Shown: piece after piece, positions 23,225 through 36,624 of the stretch | How positions within the stretch are numbered: position 1 is the stretch's first letter | Layout of the letters: each line of letters begins with the position of its first letter | Assembly: GCF_001447785.1 (NCBI RefSeq) | Contig: NW_015163606.1 | Location: 1,452,857-1,516,856, forward strand | Reading direction: 5' to 3' | Length of the DNA: 64,000 bases | Source: Gekko japonicus | Taxonomy: Eukaryota | Notes under the pieces: generated by a model | Database searches by the model: none | Seen by the model: only the letters and a program-made list of their open reading frames with translations | What the model was told of the DNA's origin: nothing | Position numbers and translations under genes: made by a program

Positions 23225-24783
23225 CTCTCCCACTCCAGAGCTGCTGAGTTCAGGAGGGGTGTTGAAAGACCTGAGTCAGATTGAGGTGACAAGAGAGGAG
23301 GTCCTAAAACTGATAGACAACTTAAAAACGGATAAATCACCAGGCCCAGATGGCATACATCCGAGAGTTCTGAAAGAACTCAAATGTGAACTTGTGGATC
23401 TCCTGACAAAAATATGTAATCTCTCCTTAAAATCAGCCTCCATTCCTGAGGACTGGAAGGTAGCTAATGTCACTCCCATCTTTAAAAAGGGTTCCAGAGG
23501 AGATCCGGGAAATTACAGGCCAGTCAGTCTGACGTCGATACCGGGTAAATTGGTGGAAACCATTATTAAGGAAAGAATTAGTAGGCACATAGATGAACAA
23601 AACCTATTGAGGCAGACTCAACATGGGTTCTGTAAGGGAAGATCTTGTCTCACTAACCTATTAGTGTTCTTTGAGGGGGTGAACAAACATGTGGACAAGG
23701 GGGATCCAATAGATATTGTTTACCTTGACTTCCAGAAAGCTTTTGATAAAGTTCCTCATCAAAGGCTCCTAAGTAAGCTCAAAAATCATGGGATAGAAGG
23801 ACAAGTCCTTTTATGGATCAAAAACTGGCTAATTAATAGAAAACAGAGAGTGAGTATAAATGGGCAATTTTCTCAGTGGAGGGTGGTAAGCAGTGGGGTA
23901 CCGCAGGGATCAGTACTTGGTCCACTGCTTTTTAACTTGTTCATTAATGATTTGGAGATGGGAGTAAGCAGTGAAGTGGCTAAATTTGCGGATGATACAA
24001 AGTTGTTCAGGGTGGTGAAAACCAGTGAGGATTGTGAGGCACTCCAAGGGGATCTGTCAAGGATGGGCGAGTGGGCGTCAACATGGCAAATGGGGTTCAA
24101 TGTGGCCAAGTGCAAGGTGATGCACATTGGAGCCAAAAATCCTAAATATAAATACACATTGATGGGGTCTGAACTGGCAGAGACTGAGCAAGAGAGAGAT
24201 CTTGGAGTTGTAGTGGATAACTCACTGAAAATGTCGAGACAGTGTGTGACTGCAATAAAGAAGGCCAATGCTATGCTGGGGATTATTAGGAAGGGTATTG
24301 AAAACAGATCAGCCAATATAATAATGCCCCTATATAAATCAATGGTGAGACCTCATTTGGAATACTGTGTGCAGTTCTGGGCACCACACCTTAAAAAGGA
24401 TATTATAGCTTTGGAAAAAGTGCAGAAAAGGGCAACTCGAATGATAAAAGGGTTGGAACACTTTCCCTATGAGGAAAGGTTAAAGCGCTTAGGGCTCTTT
24501 AGCTTGGAGAAAAGACGACTGAGGGGTGACATGATCGAGGTTTATAAGATTATGCATGGGAAAGAGCAGGTAAAGAAAGAGGTACTTTTCTCCCTTTCTC
24601 ACAATACAAGAACTCGTGGGCACTCCATGAAACTGCAGAGCGGTCGGGTTAGAACGGATAAAAGGAAGTACTTCTTCACCCAAAGAGTGATTAACACAAC
24701 TGTGTGATACAGAGTGTTGGACTGGATGGGCCTTTGGCCTGATCCAACATTGGCATCTCTTATGTTCTTATGTTCTTATGTTC
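23225..24783 (+). mobile_element. Young 5'-truncated CR1 LINE with an open RT frame
   Basis: KSPGPDGIHPRVLKEL, QHGF.KGRSC, YLDFQKAFD, GVPQGS, KFADDTK with no stops to 24707; tail (TTATGTTC)n. Confidence 0.97.
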
Positions 24784-26314
24784 CCAGCTTGGAAATTGAA
24801 GATACTTTCTGTGGTGCCAGTTGTGGTTTTAAAGCTAATGATTTGGATCATGGGGTGGTAGACGGCTAACCCATCTAGTCAGGCTTCATTAGCTATTTGC
24901 ACCTCATATGTTCCTCAGGAAGTATTTGAAACTGACCAGCAGGGTAGTGGAAAACTATAACACAGCTTTAAATTTTCCCTCTAAAAATTTCAGTAGCCTG
25001 TCTGTTCAGATTTAACACATCTAAACTAGAGACATGGGTCACAGTTTTATCTGTACCCCAAGTGTTTGGAAGTTTAAGTTCATGTATTTTGTCATCTTAG
25101 TGATGCTGCAGATTCTTTAGAGAAATTCTGACCCCTTTGACACATCTGAACTACTTTTCAAAGGGTCCTTTTGTTTTGAGTAGGATGACAGCCCATTAAA
25201 ATGGAGCACTGTATATTCCCAGGACACAGTGCAATGTTGGTAATGAAATCTGCTGCAACTACTGGCACTAAGGAATGACTTATATTCAGGAAATGAACAA
25301 TGGGAAAATAGTGTGCGTGAATCAACTCACTTTCTCTTGCTTTTAAATAGGGAAATTGTTGGGAAAGGAACACAAATCAGAATATATATATATATATATT
25401 AATCTCTGGGAATATGATGAGATAAAAGGAATGTTAAATGAAATGTTATTCTAAACATGCATGTCAAGAGGCAATTTTAGTCGTACTGCGGTGNNNNNNN
25501 NNNNNNNNNNNNNNNNNNNNNNNNNNNNNNNNNNNNNNNNNNNNNNNNNNNNNNNNNNNNNNNNNNNNNNNNNNNNNNNNNNNNNNNNNNNNNNNNNNNN
25601 NNNNNNNNNNNNNNNNNNNNNNNNNNNNNNNNNNNNNNNNNNNNNNNNNNNNNNNNNNNNNNNNNNNNNNNNNNNNNNNNNNNNNNNNNNNNNNNNNNNN
25701 NNNNNNNNNNNNNNNNNNNNNTATACTTCTTATGAAATGGCCTGCATATGTAAGAGAGGGTTTGGTTCAGCTGCCTAAGACACATTGACTGAGAAGTGCA
25801 TTGAAATAATTACAGACATGAACTCTTGCCTATAATGGCAGAATTTCATTTTATAAAGTAAGCAGTACGGTAATCCAGGTTCCTTTATGGTGAGAAGCCT
25901 CATAAATCTTTCAGAGAAGACTAAAGTCTTTCTGTTTGGTTGTCAGTCAGATATCAAAATGAATTTCGCTGCTTTTCCTGCTTTTCTGAAGTGTCATGTA
26001 AAATATGCTGAATATTTTGCATATGTTGCTGTTTCATATCAGGAAGGCTGCAGTCCTGTGCACCCTTAGCTGCAAGTAAACTCAATTGGACAGAATGGAA
26101 TTTGCCTCTAATTAAACATACATGGGATTGAGCTACACATATAATATATTGCAGAAATTTTGCATCGATAGATTGCATAGTAATTCACAGGTTTAGTCTT
26201 TAATGGGAAGTATGTGCTGATTACTGAAAAACTTTTTAATTGTTTTAGGACTATGGTTGTATGTGCATATTGTCTCTCTGTGTGTAACTTCTCCAGTTTT
26301 ATTTTGCATCACAA

Positions 26315-26319
<5 letters not shown>

Positions 26320-26352
<33 letters not shown>
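26320..26352. repeat. (GT)n microsatellite
   Basis: Read directly. Confidence 0.95.
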
Positions 26353-26354
<2 letters not shown>

Positions 26355-27514
26355 CTAAAATGATATTGTCAGATAACTGCCTTCCAGATGCAGTTAATTC
26401 AGACATACAAATTGTGAAGATTGTTGCTGGGTTTTTACTATGATACCCCACTTTTATTTAAACAGATAAATCAAACAGCATCCTCTATTCTGACTTTTTA
26501 AATCCTGAGATTTTGGAAACAGTAAATAAAATCTGAGCTGAGATTTGAGCATGATTTGAAAGTAGAGAAGTCATTGAGAGTTTTGATGCATGTTTGTTAA
26601 TTATTCTTTGCTTGGGTATGACTCATCCCATGGGATATTACATCCTATTGTTCTATTGTGATTATTTGAATCCTTCTTGTGAAACTTAAATTTTTTAAAA
26701 ACTGTATAAACATTGTTTATTTGGAGAGTATTGCACCAGTTTTTAGTTTTGCTAGACCCTTCATCAACAGGAGAGTAATATCGACATTTGTAGCTAAAAT
26801 GGATTTGTCTGTATTTGATATCCCCCTTAATTAGTATAACTGTAATTTCTTTCTTTCTTGCCATCAGGTAGGCATGTAGATTGCATTTAAGTAATTTTTC
26901 AGGTTAGTAACAGATTGAACTGTATTTTACATACAATAATTTTGACTTCTTATTCATATCTTGAAGTCAGTATAATTGAGATCTTCTGCCCTATATTTCT
27001 TCTTTAAACACAGTCAACAACCACAGGGTGTTAGAATACCTCTCTGGGAAATACAGCCTATTTGGTTTTCTCATTACATGCTCCTCCATACTGCAGCTAT
27101 AAGAAAGGAATCAACACTGTGCTTGGCAAACAAATGTATACTAATTACACATGCTGGAAAAGCTTAGATCTTGTCTGAGATACATGTATCATGAGCCTTT
27201 ATCATTAAATGTATCACGGTGTTGAACTTATGTAGAGTAAACTGGAGAGTTTATGAGAGATAACAGCAGAATACAAAGGTTTTGTGCTAAAGAAAAGGCT
27301 GAGAGTTGGATGGGGAGGGGAGAGAGAACCTAAAAATTAAACCTTTCTGTTCGTGCCTCAAAGTATTGATTACAATAGTTAATGGTAACTTTTGTGGTAA
27401 GAAGGAAAAAAATATGAGTCTAAAACCGGCATAAGTTTGGTGAAGCTGCTAGTTTGTGGCAACAGTTCTGTAGATAAAAATGTGTAGAAGCTACCCATTC
27501 AGTTTTAATATGTA

Positions 27515-27580
27515 CACTTATTAAAGCAACATGAAGAGCAAAGATCCACTTATTAAAGCAACATGAAGAGCAAAGATCCA
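27515..27580. repeat. Perfect 32-bp tandem duplication
   Basis: cacttattaaagcaacatgaagagcaaagatc x2. Confidence 0.9.
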
Positions 27581-27739
27581 AAGGTGGTTGTAGATATGCC
27601 AAAGCTATCAGAACAGAGTTTCCCTGGCTTCCTTTTTAGACTACAGGTCCTCACATTACAGTGGGGGGTGTTCCTGAACATGCTGTAAGTCTTAGAAGTG
27701 GACTATAGGGCAGGATAGGGGAGAAGCCATTGCCTGTTG

Positions 27740-28158
27740 CAGGGAGTCCCCAACATGGTGCCCACCAATACTTTTCCTGGCACCCACCAAGCATTTTTTT
27801 TTTAAAGTGGGGCTTTTGCCTGAAAGGTTTCTGCGTGGCCATTGGAGACCTGATTGGCTGTGCATATTTTTAACATTTTGCTTTGGCAGCTGCTTTCACC
27901 ACATCACAAGGAGTTCCACTGCGTGACTGAAGGTAAGCTCTGTATAAGCAAGAAAATATTTTTAAACAATATGTTCGCTTCAAAAGACATGTTAAAAAGA
28001 ACTTCTACTTGAAATGTTGAAGAGTTGCTGTTAGAGTTGTTCCCTGACATTTTCATAGTTGGCCCCGCCTCCTGCAGCAGCCATTTTGTGGTTGGACCCA
28101 CCATGCTGTGTCAGAATTCCAAAGGTGTCCACAGGCTTACAAAGGTTAGGGACCCCTG
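27740..28158. mobile_element. Non-autonomous hAT (Charlie-like) element
   Basis: Ends cagggagtccccaac / gttagggacccctg; TSD not retained. Confidence 0.65.
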
Positions 28159-28831
28159 GAACCCCTGGTCTAGTGAGAGAAGGAACATAGTACTAACCTT
28201 TTGTCTTTCACTTTTTCAGCAAGCTGGTTAGGCAGAAGCATCTGGCCGAAGGGGAAAAGGATAGTTAGAATGACAATCTTTGGTCAACTGCAGAGAAGTG
28301 GAGTGGAGAAAAAACAAGTAGCGGAATGTGCAAGTCTGAGGAACTGGGGAAGGACTTGCATATCAGGAGCCTACCAGCTACATGAATTGGGAGCCCACAC
28401 ACTACCTGTGATCCTACTGATATGTGCAGTCACCATGTTGTGTGAACAAGGGCAACTTACTTATTTAACATGCATGCAAATCCTGAAAAATCCAGCTGTC
28501 ATTCCACATGTACCAGACCTGTATTAATATGGTAAATACTTGTGTTGCCACTGTACATACAACATACACGGCAGCCATACTTATTGGTACAATATGGTTG
28601 GTAGATTCCTGGCCCATATGACTGTAACATCTAGAAAGGAATAAAGCAAGAACATAATGAGGCAGAGCATGGAACCAAGGGTGTGAACAGCCCAGAGCAG
28701 GTGCAGGGGGAATAAACTGCTAACAATAAGGGGAATTATTTAGAACAAGAAAGAACAGTGACCAATCCCGATCCCAAAATGATAAGAGAGAAGCAAAGAG
28801 CCAGGATGTTGGTCCCACTGCATGTTGACTT

Positions 28832-29020
28832 CAAGGAGACGTCATAGCTCAGTGTTGGAGCATCTGTTTGGTATGCCTCTCCGGTTAAAAGGATCGGGTG
28901 ACTGGTGATGTGAAAAGACCTCTGCTCGAGACCCCAGAGAGCCTCTGCCAGTCTGGGTCGAAAATACTGACCTTGATGGACCAAGGTAGCTGATGGATAA
29001 GACATCTTCATGTGCTCATA
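28832..29020 (+). mobile_element. tRNA-derived SINE with CR1-like tail
   Basis: Box A tagctcagtgttggagc; aatactgaccttgatggacca...cttcatgtg tail. Confidence 0.6.
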
Positions 29021-29297
29021 TGGAAATACAGTGGCTCAAGGGCCAGAGCTCCAGGCCAGCATCCAGGTTAATCTCTGTTCAACTAGTGGATGTCAGCTAG
29101 GGATGTCAGCGGTGTCTGATGGCCATAGAAATCCAGTTTTATCCTTTAAGAACAATTTTTTCATAGATGTAATTGTGCAAGTTGTACAAGCAAGTGGTAT
29201 AGTTTAAATAATGGATTCATGGGTAATAGTGGCAGAAATCAAAGTCTTGGTTTAAACTTTTTTTTTGTTCTTGAGAGATTATGTTACCCAAAATTTT

Positions 29298-29331
29298 TGT
29301 GTGTATGTGCGTGTGCGTGCGTGTGTGTGTA

Positions 29332-29360
<29 letters not shown>
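29298..29360. repeat. Compound (GT)/(GCGT)/(AT) microsatellite
   Basis: Read directly. Confidence 0.9.
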
Positions 29361-29362
<2 letters not shown>

Positions 29363-31320
29363 AATCAGAGAATGTCTTTTTTTAAAAAAAAAAAAGAATA
29401 TCTCAGAGGTAGCATGTGTATCAGGGGAGGCATGGATTGACATGGTAAGTACCCCTGCTTCAAATAATAGGATTTGGGAATTATTTTCGGTCCAAAACAT
29501 AAGGAGGGAAAATGTCTCAAAATGACCTTGTCGTCTGAATTAACTTCCTTGAGATTCCACTTTAAAATGATATGCCCAGTATTATCATTTTACTGCCAAA
29601 AACTGGGAACACTTCCAAATTTTGACTTACAAAATTATTATACTTCCAGCTTTAAAATAGAAGCTTTTTGAAGTATTCCTTTTTGTTGAATACTGTAATA
29701 GATGGCTCTGTAAAATCCTGCATAAATGGCCAAGACCGCAAGTTCAAGCTGCCCCCCAAGGCAGCCTTATCTTATGCACAGGCCCTTAGAATATTTTTCC
29801 CTGTTTTGCTCTCTAGTGTGTATATTTTCCATGTTTCATCAGAAGATGCCTTGTTTTTGTTCGACTTTGTATCCCTATGTCAGTTTCTTTCAGGTTTGTC
29901 ATGGGAGCAGCTACAATTATCTGCAACACTAAAAAAATAGATGATCTGTTAGTAATAGCTTTAAATGCTTTATATGTTTTCCTTATTTAAGTACAAGAAA
30001 CGAAATCACAGAACTGTAATATATAAAAAACAGCATGAAGTTAATTCAGCATGTTGAACAGCAGAGGGGTATGGAGTCACAATTGAGACATTTTAATATG
30101 TATTTATTTGCATTTTGTAAGTTACATATGGACCTTTAAAAGCAGGGTTTTTTCATTCCCTGTTAGGATATAGATCCTAAACAGTTGTGCAGATAATCCC
30201 TAACTTCACTTGAGTGTGCTGATTTTGAAAACATTATTCTTTTCACCCTATATACCTTTTGGAGAGGATTACCTGTAACAATGATACAATTCATTCTAGG
30301 ACAGTCCTAGAAGACCCTCGTATTCTTTGATCTGTGCTTGCTTTTCACTGCCACTGTTTTAGAAATGCCCTTTCTGCCTCTTGATCACAACATGAAGCAA
30401 AAAAGTACCATCTGGACTCGGCATGCTAAAAAGTCAGAGATCTCTAGGTTACATTTGAGCCCCAAAGGACATTTTCTTGTCTGTTAAGCTGCAGTACGCT
30501 GGAGTTTGTCATTGATAAATAGCAAAATTTCAGCACTGTAATTTTAATTGGCAGCTATCCATTTGTATACTTTGGGTTCCCCTCCCCCTTTTGTTTCCCA
30601 CTGGCAACCTTCTTTTGTGGTTGGCTCCTCTGCTCTGGTGCCCATAGCAACACCCATGTGCAAAACCATAGCCACTGAGGTACTGCAGGTTCCAAGTACC
30701 AGAGGTTTATGCTGCTGTTTTGGAATAGCAGACATTTGCCGGAGTCACTGATCCAAACAGCATGCCAGCTTAGCTCTGTGTGGCATTTTTGTAATTCCTT
30801 AATATTGTTCCACCTAATTCACTCAAGGTCCTTAAAACCTATTTGACAATTAAGGTTATAAACACAAAGGCACAGTGTCGATAACGCTGCAAGATACTGG
30901 AAGAAGGATGAACTAGAGACAAGAAAAGATAGGAAAGATAAACTTTGCAACATGTTCAAAGATAGCTGGGGATAACGTAGAGGCCCAAATACAATGCTGC
31001 TGATGTATTTGGATTTATAAAGTCTATGCAGTGGAAGAAAAATCAAGAGAAAGAGAAATCTTTTGGAATTTGCTTTAATTAATTCTTATTTGTTTAATTA
31101 TTTGTGATTAAAGAGAGATGGCAGCTACTGGGACCTTTCTGTACTTGGTATTTTTTTTATTAAAAGTATTTATACCCCACCTTTTTCCTGAGACCCAGGT
31201 GGCTTCTAGAAAATACCAGGATGGGTGAGAGGGAGCTGGTTCGTTTCCAAGGGTGGTGTGTCCTCCAGATTTGCCACACTGGGTTCTCCAAATCTGCCAC
31301 CTTCAAGACTCACCCTAGTT

Positions 31321-32706
31321 CAGAGGAGTCAAACTGATTTGTTACGAGGGCCGGATCAGACATAAATGTCATTTTGTCAGGCTGGGCCATGTGTGCCATA
31401 ATGCCAGGTACCAGAGATACAATATTTTATAAAGGATACAGGCAAACCCAATTAACGATATTATTTTTATTCAAAATACAAACATGCTGTAAACACTAAT
31501 ACTCTTAGAGTATTTCCTTTATTTAACAGTCTTTGATAACTGACAACACTTACTCTGAATTATTGCATCAAAATCTGGAGTAAACATACAAATTCTCCAA
31601 GGAACTATAGCCCCTGCCCTCAACACTTGCTCAATCCACTACAAAAATCATGAACCCTCCACAGATTCACCAGCCACCTGTCAATGACCAGATCTCCTAA
31701 ATCAGCCCTTTCTCCCAACACCTCTGTGTAATTCATCCACACCAATCTACTCTTGTCCAAATCTCAAGCCTGTTCTGCTGACCACTCCTTTCCTTGCACT
31801 TCAGTTCCACTTAGAGACGTGACCTTCCACAAAGACGCACATACACCTCATGGTGGTGAGACTCAAGCATGGGGACTAACAACTGGGAGACCCAGGTTCA
31901 TAATCCCCACTCTGACATGGAATTATGCAACGAAATGTCATTAAGTCTTTAAGCCAGTTCAAGAATCCTGTTTTATCTTAGCTTCCAGCTACTCCCCTGA
32001 TCTTGCATGCTGCCACCCACCAAACATAAACACTCAGCACTTTCCTCCCCTCAACAGCTATATTTTTCCTCCCCTCTCATGGTGCATTAACGAACCCTAC
32101 TGCACCCACTTCAACCCTTCCCTTCCATGCCCCTCTCTCCTGCCCCTTACTCCCTGTTCCCCCAGGTACACTTCCATTCCTACACTTCCCCCAGTGCCCT
32201 TTTCCATCAGCAGCTTCTCCCACCTCCACCTTCACACACCCAATTACTTTCTCCCTCCCTTTTTCTTCCTTTCCCCACTCCCAGTGGGCTGCCTCTCTGG
32301 CATTGTGGTGAAGAAAGAGCAAGAGAGGTGGGCAGAGGAGACCCCCATCCCAGTGGGCTGCTTCTCTGGCATTGTGGTGAAGAAAGAGAGGTGGGCAGAG
32401 GAGAAGAAGATGGTGGCGATGGTGGCAGAGGCAGCTTTTGGGCTTCTGTTGTTGAAGCAAAGGGGGAGGCCCAGTGCACACATGCACTGACAGGGAGGCA
32501 GTGACTCCCTGCCTCTGACAGGAGAAGGAGAGGGGGGGGAAGCTGCATACGCGCGCAGCCTGGCCAAACTGACACAGATAGAGGATACGGGTCTTTCTGC
32601 TGTTCTTGCTGCCACCTGCACCTCCCTCTTCTTCCTTACTCACAGGCTGGATAAGAGCTCTGGATGAGCCAGTTCTGGCCCCCGGGGTCTATGTTTGACA
32701 GTCCTG
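31321..32706. mobile_element. Non-autonomous hAT element of ~1.4 kb containing a ~70-bp internal duplication (32280-32405)
   Basis: Degenerate TIRs cagaggagtcaaac / gtttgacagtcctg; ggcccc subterminal motifs. Confidence 0.65.
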
Positions 32707-32843
32707 TCGAGTTCTTCTATTTTCTTATCATCTGAATCCAACTGATGAGGCTGACATGTCCTTACAGTGTTTCTGCATTTAATTCCAGTTTATCAGACTT
32801 TTAGCAGCTTTATTGTTACAGAGCTTCACATAGTTCTGAGACC

Positions 32844-34012
32844 AAGGTTGCCAACTCAGGTTCAAAATACCTGGAGATCTGAGGGTAGAGGCTAGGTGAG
32901 GGGGGTGGAGGGTAGGGTTGCCAACTCCGAGTTGGGAAATAGCTGGAGAATTTGGGGGTGGAGCCTGATGAGAGCGGAGTTTGGGAAGGGGAGAGACTTC
33001 AATATGTTATATTTCCTGTCATGCCCCATCTACACCCCCAGGGGAAGGCTGCCTTCCGGTGTTACACTCCTAATGGTGGGTTGTGCCCCTCAGAGGCCTC
33101 AGAATGGAAGGGAAGAGGATTAATGCACCCAGCTCCTCCTCCTTCCAGTCAGAACACCTGCCACAATGTGGGCATCCAGCATTTTTCACCCCTGGCTTCT
33201 TCACTAGAACTTCCTTTTATCCCCCCCTCCTCCCTCTTCAGGCCTTTTTCACTGGCCAAGGCCACCTCTCAGGTGATAGAGGGTGCTGCCTTCCTACCTC
33301 CTGTCCCCTCCCGTGCCAGGTGTTCTCCATCCTTCTCCGCATCCTGGCTGGGAGAGGGTGGGGTGGTGCTGCTTCCAGTGTCACAGCCTGTCTCTCTTGG
33401 GTCTACCCGTCCTCTTTTCACTTCCTGATCTTGGGAGCCTCAGTTTTGACCAGTTCCCTCTCCCTTGTCATCTGCCTCTGCCAGGCAAACTCTGCACCCA
33501 GCCCTGCCACTGGCTTTGCATCCTCTACTCCCGCCAGCTGTGTCGCCTTCGCCGACCCCTGCTGCCTTGTCCCAGCTGTCAGTGTCTCCCACTGCCCCTG
33601 TAAATTGTTGGGGCCAACGCGTGCAGGTTGGCTGGGGAGTTGTTTGGCGGGGAAACGGATGGTGGGGCTATGGTGCGCAGGGCATTCTTTTTCCGCAGCC
33701 CTGCTGCTGGCCCTGGAGAATGCCATACAGGCCACCCTCCAAAGCAGCCATTTTCTCCAGGTGAAATGATCTATGTTGTCTGGAGATCAATTGTAATAGT
33801 GGGAGATGTGCAGCCATGACTTGGAGGTTTGCAACCCTAAGGGAGCGAGGGACCTTTCTTGGGTATAATGCCATACAGACCATCTTCCAAAGCAGCCATT
33901 TTCTCCAGGAGAAGTGGTATATAGGTTTCAAATAAATAAATAATAAGCAATGTATGTATTCTGGAGATACGTTCCAGGAGATCTCCAGCCCCCACCTGTA
34001 GGTTGACAACCC
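32844..34012. mobile_element. Nested TAGGGTTGCCA-type hAT MITEs (inner copy 32913-33839) with a further GC-rich insert
   Basis: Two left ends (aggttgccaac, tagggttgccaac), two copies of aatgccatacag..ccaaagcagccattttctccagg, two right ends (gcaacccta, ttgacaaccc). Confidence 0.75.
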
Positions 34013-34654
34013 GGTTTGAGATTGCTTCCTTCTGTGAAGTGAAATTTCAGAGTATGCAGTGGCTTATTTCCAATGTTAATGGCCAGTATTACCTGTGCAT
34101 TTTGTTAGCAATATACTTCAGAAAGATTAGGACCACATTTCATCCATCTATCCATCCATTCATACCCTTGCTTTTCTTCCCACTGAGGACACAGTATGGC
34201 TTACAATACAAAAATATAACAGACAAAACAAGAGAAGGGGGAGATAAAACGTTTCTAAATGCAGTGCAGGTCTGCTACCATCTCTAGTCTACAGCCCTGA
34301 GGCTAAGACCCGAAGGCCAAGAGCCCTTTGGCTGTTGCCCTTCGGCTCATATGCAAGGACTCATACCTCTGGCCACACACAGACCTTAGGGAACTTTTGT
34401 GGATAGAAGAGAAACAAACAGATTTTCCTCAGCTGATGCTGACAAGCAAGCAGGAACTTTACAACTTCCTCCTCTGCCAAAATGTTAATATAGTTTTTAT
34501 AGTTACAAAAATAATTTTGCAACTTGCTCTTACAGGATAGAAAGACTTGTGGCTTAAAAGAGAAAAGCATTTAGGGACATTAATTTATTAATTAATAAAT
34601 ATGTCCAGATGAGTGATCCCATGATCATTATTTACGCTACTGAGAACCACTGGG

Positions 34655-34893
34655 GTTGGATCGAGCACAAAATTTCAGCTTGCAATAAAACTCTTGCACA
34701 AGCCAAAGAGTAAGAAAAGGCAGGGGAGAGACCATAGTAGCCGCTTGCACTAAATCAAACCTATTGTTATCTCCACTTGCATTTCCACTTGTGCAAGACA
34801 TTGTGCCGCCAGTTTCTTGGCATGATATATAAGGAGAAAAACACTAGGTGTTGCACAGGATATTGAACAAACTTGCACATTGCTGGATCCAAG
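34655..34893. mobile_element. GGTTGGATCC-type MITE (related pieces ~2250-2485 and 51707-51915)
   Basis: Inverted ends ggttggatc / ggatccaagc; ctaggtgttgcaca(g/a)gat shared with 51865. Confidence 0.45.
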
Positions 34894-34959
34894 CGGTTAA
34901 CTTTCACACATGCATGAAAAGAACTACAATGTATCCAAGAAGGTTGCTCAGGAGTTTGC

Positions 34960-36545
34960 ATTTTCTTTTTTCTTTTTTATGCCCCCCGAAGGGGATTTTT
35001 TTATTTGCATTTTCTATAAACTACAACTATAAGTTGGAAGGGGGAGGGAAACTAAAACCCTAACACTATAGCTATGGGAAATGGGAAGAGGACAAACTAA
35101 TACATGAAGACTACTTGATGGGGAAAGGAAGCTACTATTCTAAACTATTTCATCTATTGGATTGGGGGAAAGGAAAGCTAATACATATCACAATCTAATT
35201 AGCTAAAAATAAGGGTTATTAACCTAACGTTACATGTTTGTTATACAAGTTGGTTCATTACAGTATTACTTTAAGAATATGCATTTAATAGCTTAACACA
35301 AATTCTGCCTTTAAGAACTGTTGTTCTTGTTGTAGAGTCTTTTCTTCCTGCATTTCTTCGTTTTCTTGAGTTTGGGGGCGGCTGCTCCTTTCTCCGATTC
35401 CAATGATTCTGGTGATGTGGAAGTAGTGCTTTTTGAATCCTGTGAGTAGGCTTCTTCTTCCTCCTCCTCCTGATCTGGTTTTGAGTTCTTTTCTTTCTTC
35501 TTATATTTTGAGTTGAACATTTGGTCCATAAGTTTTTCCGCTTTTGGAATAGAATCAATTTTGTATTTTTTATCCAGATAATTGAAGCTCAGTCCTTCCG
35601 GGAATAACCATCTGTATGGTACTCCCTTTTTTTGCAGAGTGAGAGTAAGCATCCTGTATAGTTTCCTCCGTTTTCTGACTTCAAATTATATATATATAAA
35701 AAATCCGGGTAAGTCCTGTAGGCTACATCCATCTCTTTCAATAGTTCTTCCTGTTTGTAATCCATTAATGGAGCCAAAGCCTCTGCCAAAAGTTCTTTTA
35801 AGTTCTTGTGCTTCAGGGATCCCATGGAAACGTAAAACATACCTAGACCTTTCCAGCTGGAGCTGTATTAATTGTGTTTTATTGGAGGATCTTTCTTTCT
35901 CTGCTTCATCTACTCTCTTGTTGATACTCTCAGTCTGTTTTTCCATTTTTTTCAACGTTTTCTCGGTTACTGAGGTTCTTTTATCCATTTGATTCAGTTG
36001 TTTGTGAACACTGTCCAGTTTGACGTTGAGGTTAGTCATCTGTTCCATTAGGGGGCGCAGTGCATTTCTAACAGTGAAGAAGAGTTTGTAGTTACTTCCT
36101 GGTTCTGAGAGGGAGTTGTTGGTATGTTATTTCCAGTTACCAAAGTTTAAAAGATACCTGGTAAAAGTGGTAGCAAACCCTGGAAAGCATCATTATCCCA
36201 CGTCCATCCCACACCAATGAAGTGTGAATGCCAAAAGCCGCATTTTTCTTATGCACTCATGCACATAAGCACTCATGCACATAAGCCCATAGCTTCAGAT
36301 TACAAAAAAAGAAAGCCGCGCCTTACAGCCGTGTCTCCAGGCCAACAGTGTGAATGCTCCTTTGCACCTCCTCCCGGTATGCTCCAACATCAGTCACTGC
36401 AGTGTGAACGGGAAAACGAGAAAAAGTTTTTGCCACAACTCCCTCCCGCTTCAAACTGCCCGTCTGAACTCAACCTGAATTACCAAATTAGTAAATTACC
36501 AAAAGTTGAGTTGCAGCATAGATTTCCATCTTCGTCGCCTGTCCA
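34960..36545 (-). mobile_element. L1-derived ORF1-only element (HAL1-like)
   Basis: 5' aagatgg start region; coiled-coil/RRM/CTD-like ORF1 (LRFHGIPE, ELLAEALAPL, MDVAYR, YRWLFPEGLSF) in 3 frames; then 3' UTR, AATAAA and A-rich tail; no ORF2. Confidence 0.75.
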
Positions 36546-36624
36546 AATGGATGTGATTTTATCACAAGTGATCTGCATCTAATGCACACAACAGAGATAT
36601 TTGATTTTAAAAATAATAGCATGA

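Noticed and set aside
23064-23225. N-terminus of the 547-aa ORF as a novel fusion protein
   Set aside because: Chance open frame in flanking decayed DNA upstream of a truncated CR1
32077-33769. Multiple overlapping 100-228 aa ORFs
   Set aside because: GC-rich low-complexity interiors of non-autonomous transposons; no domain motifs
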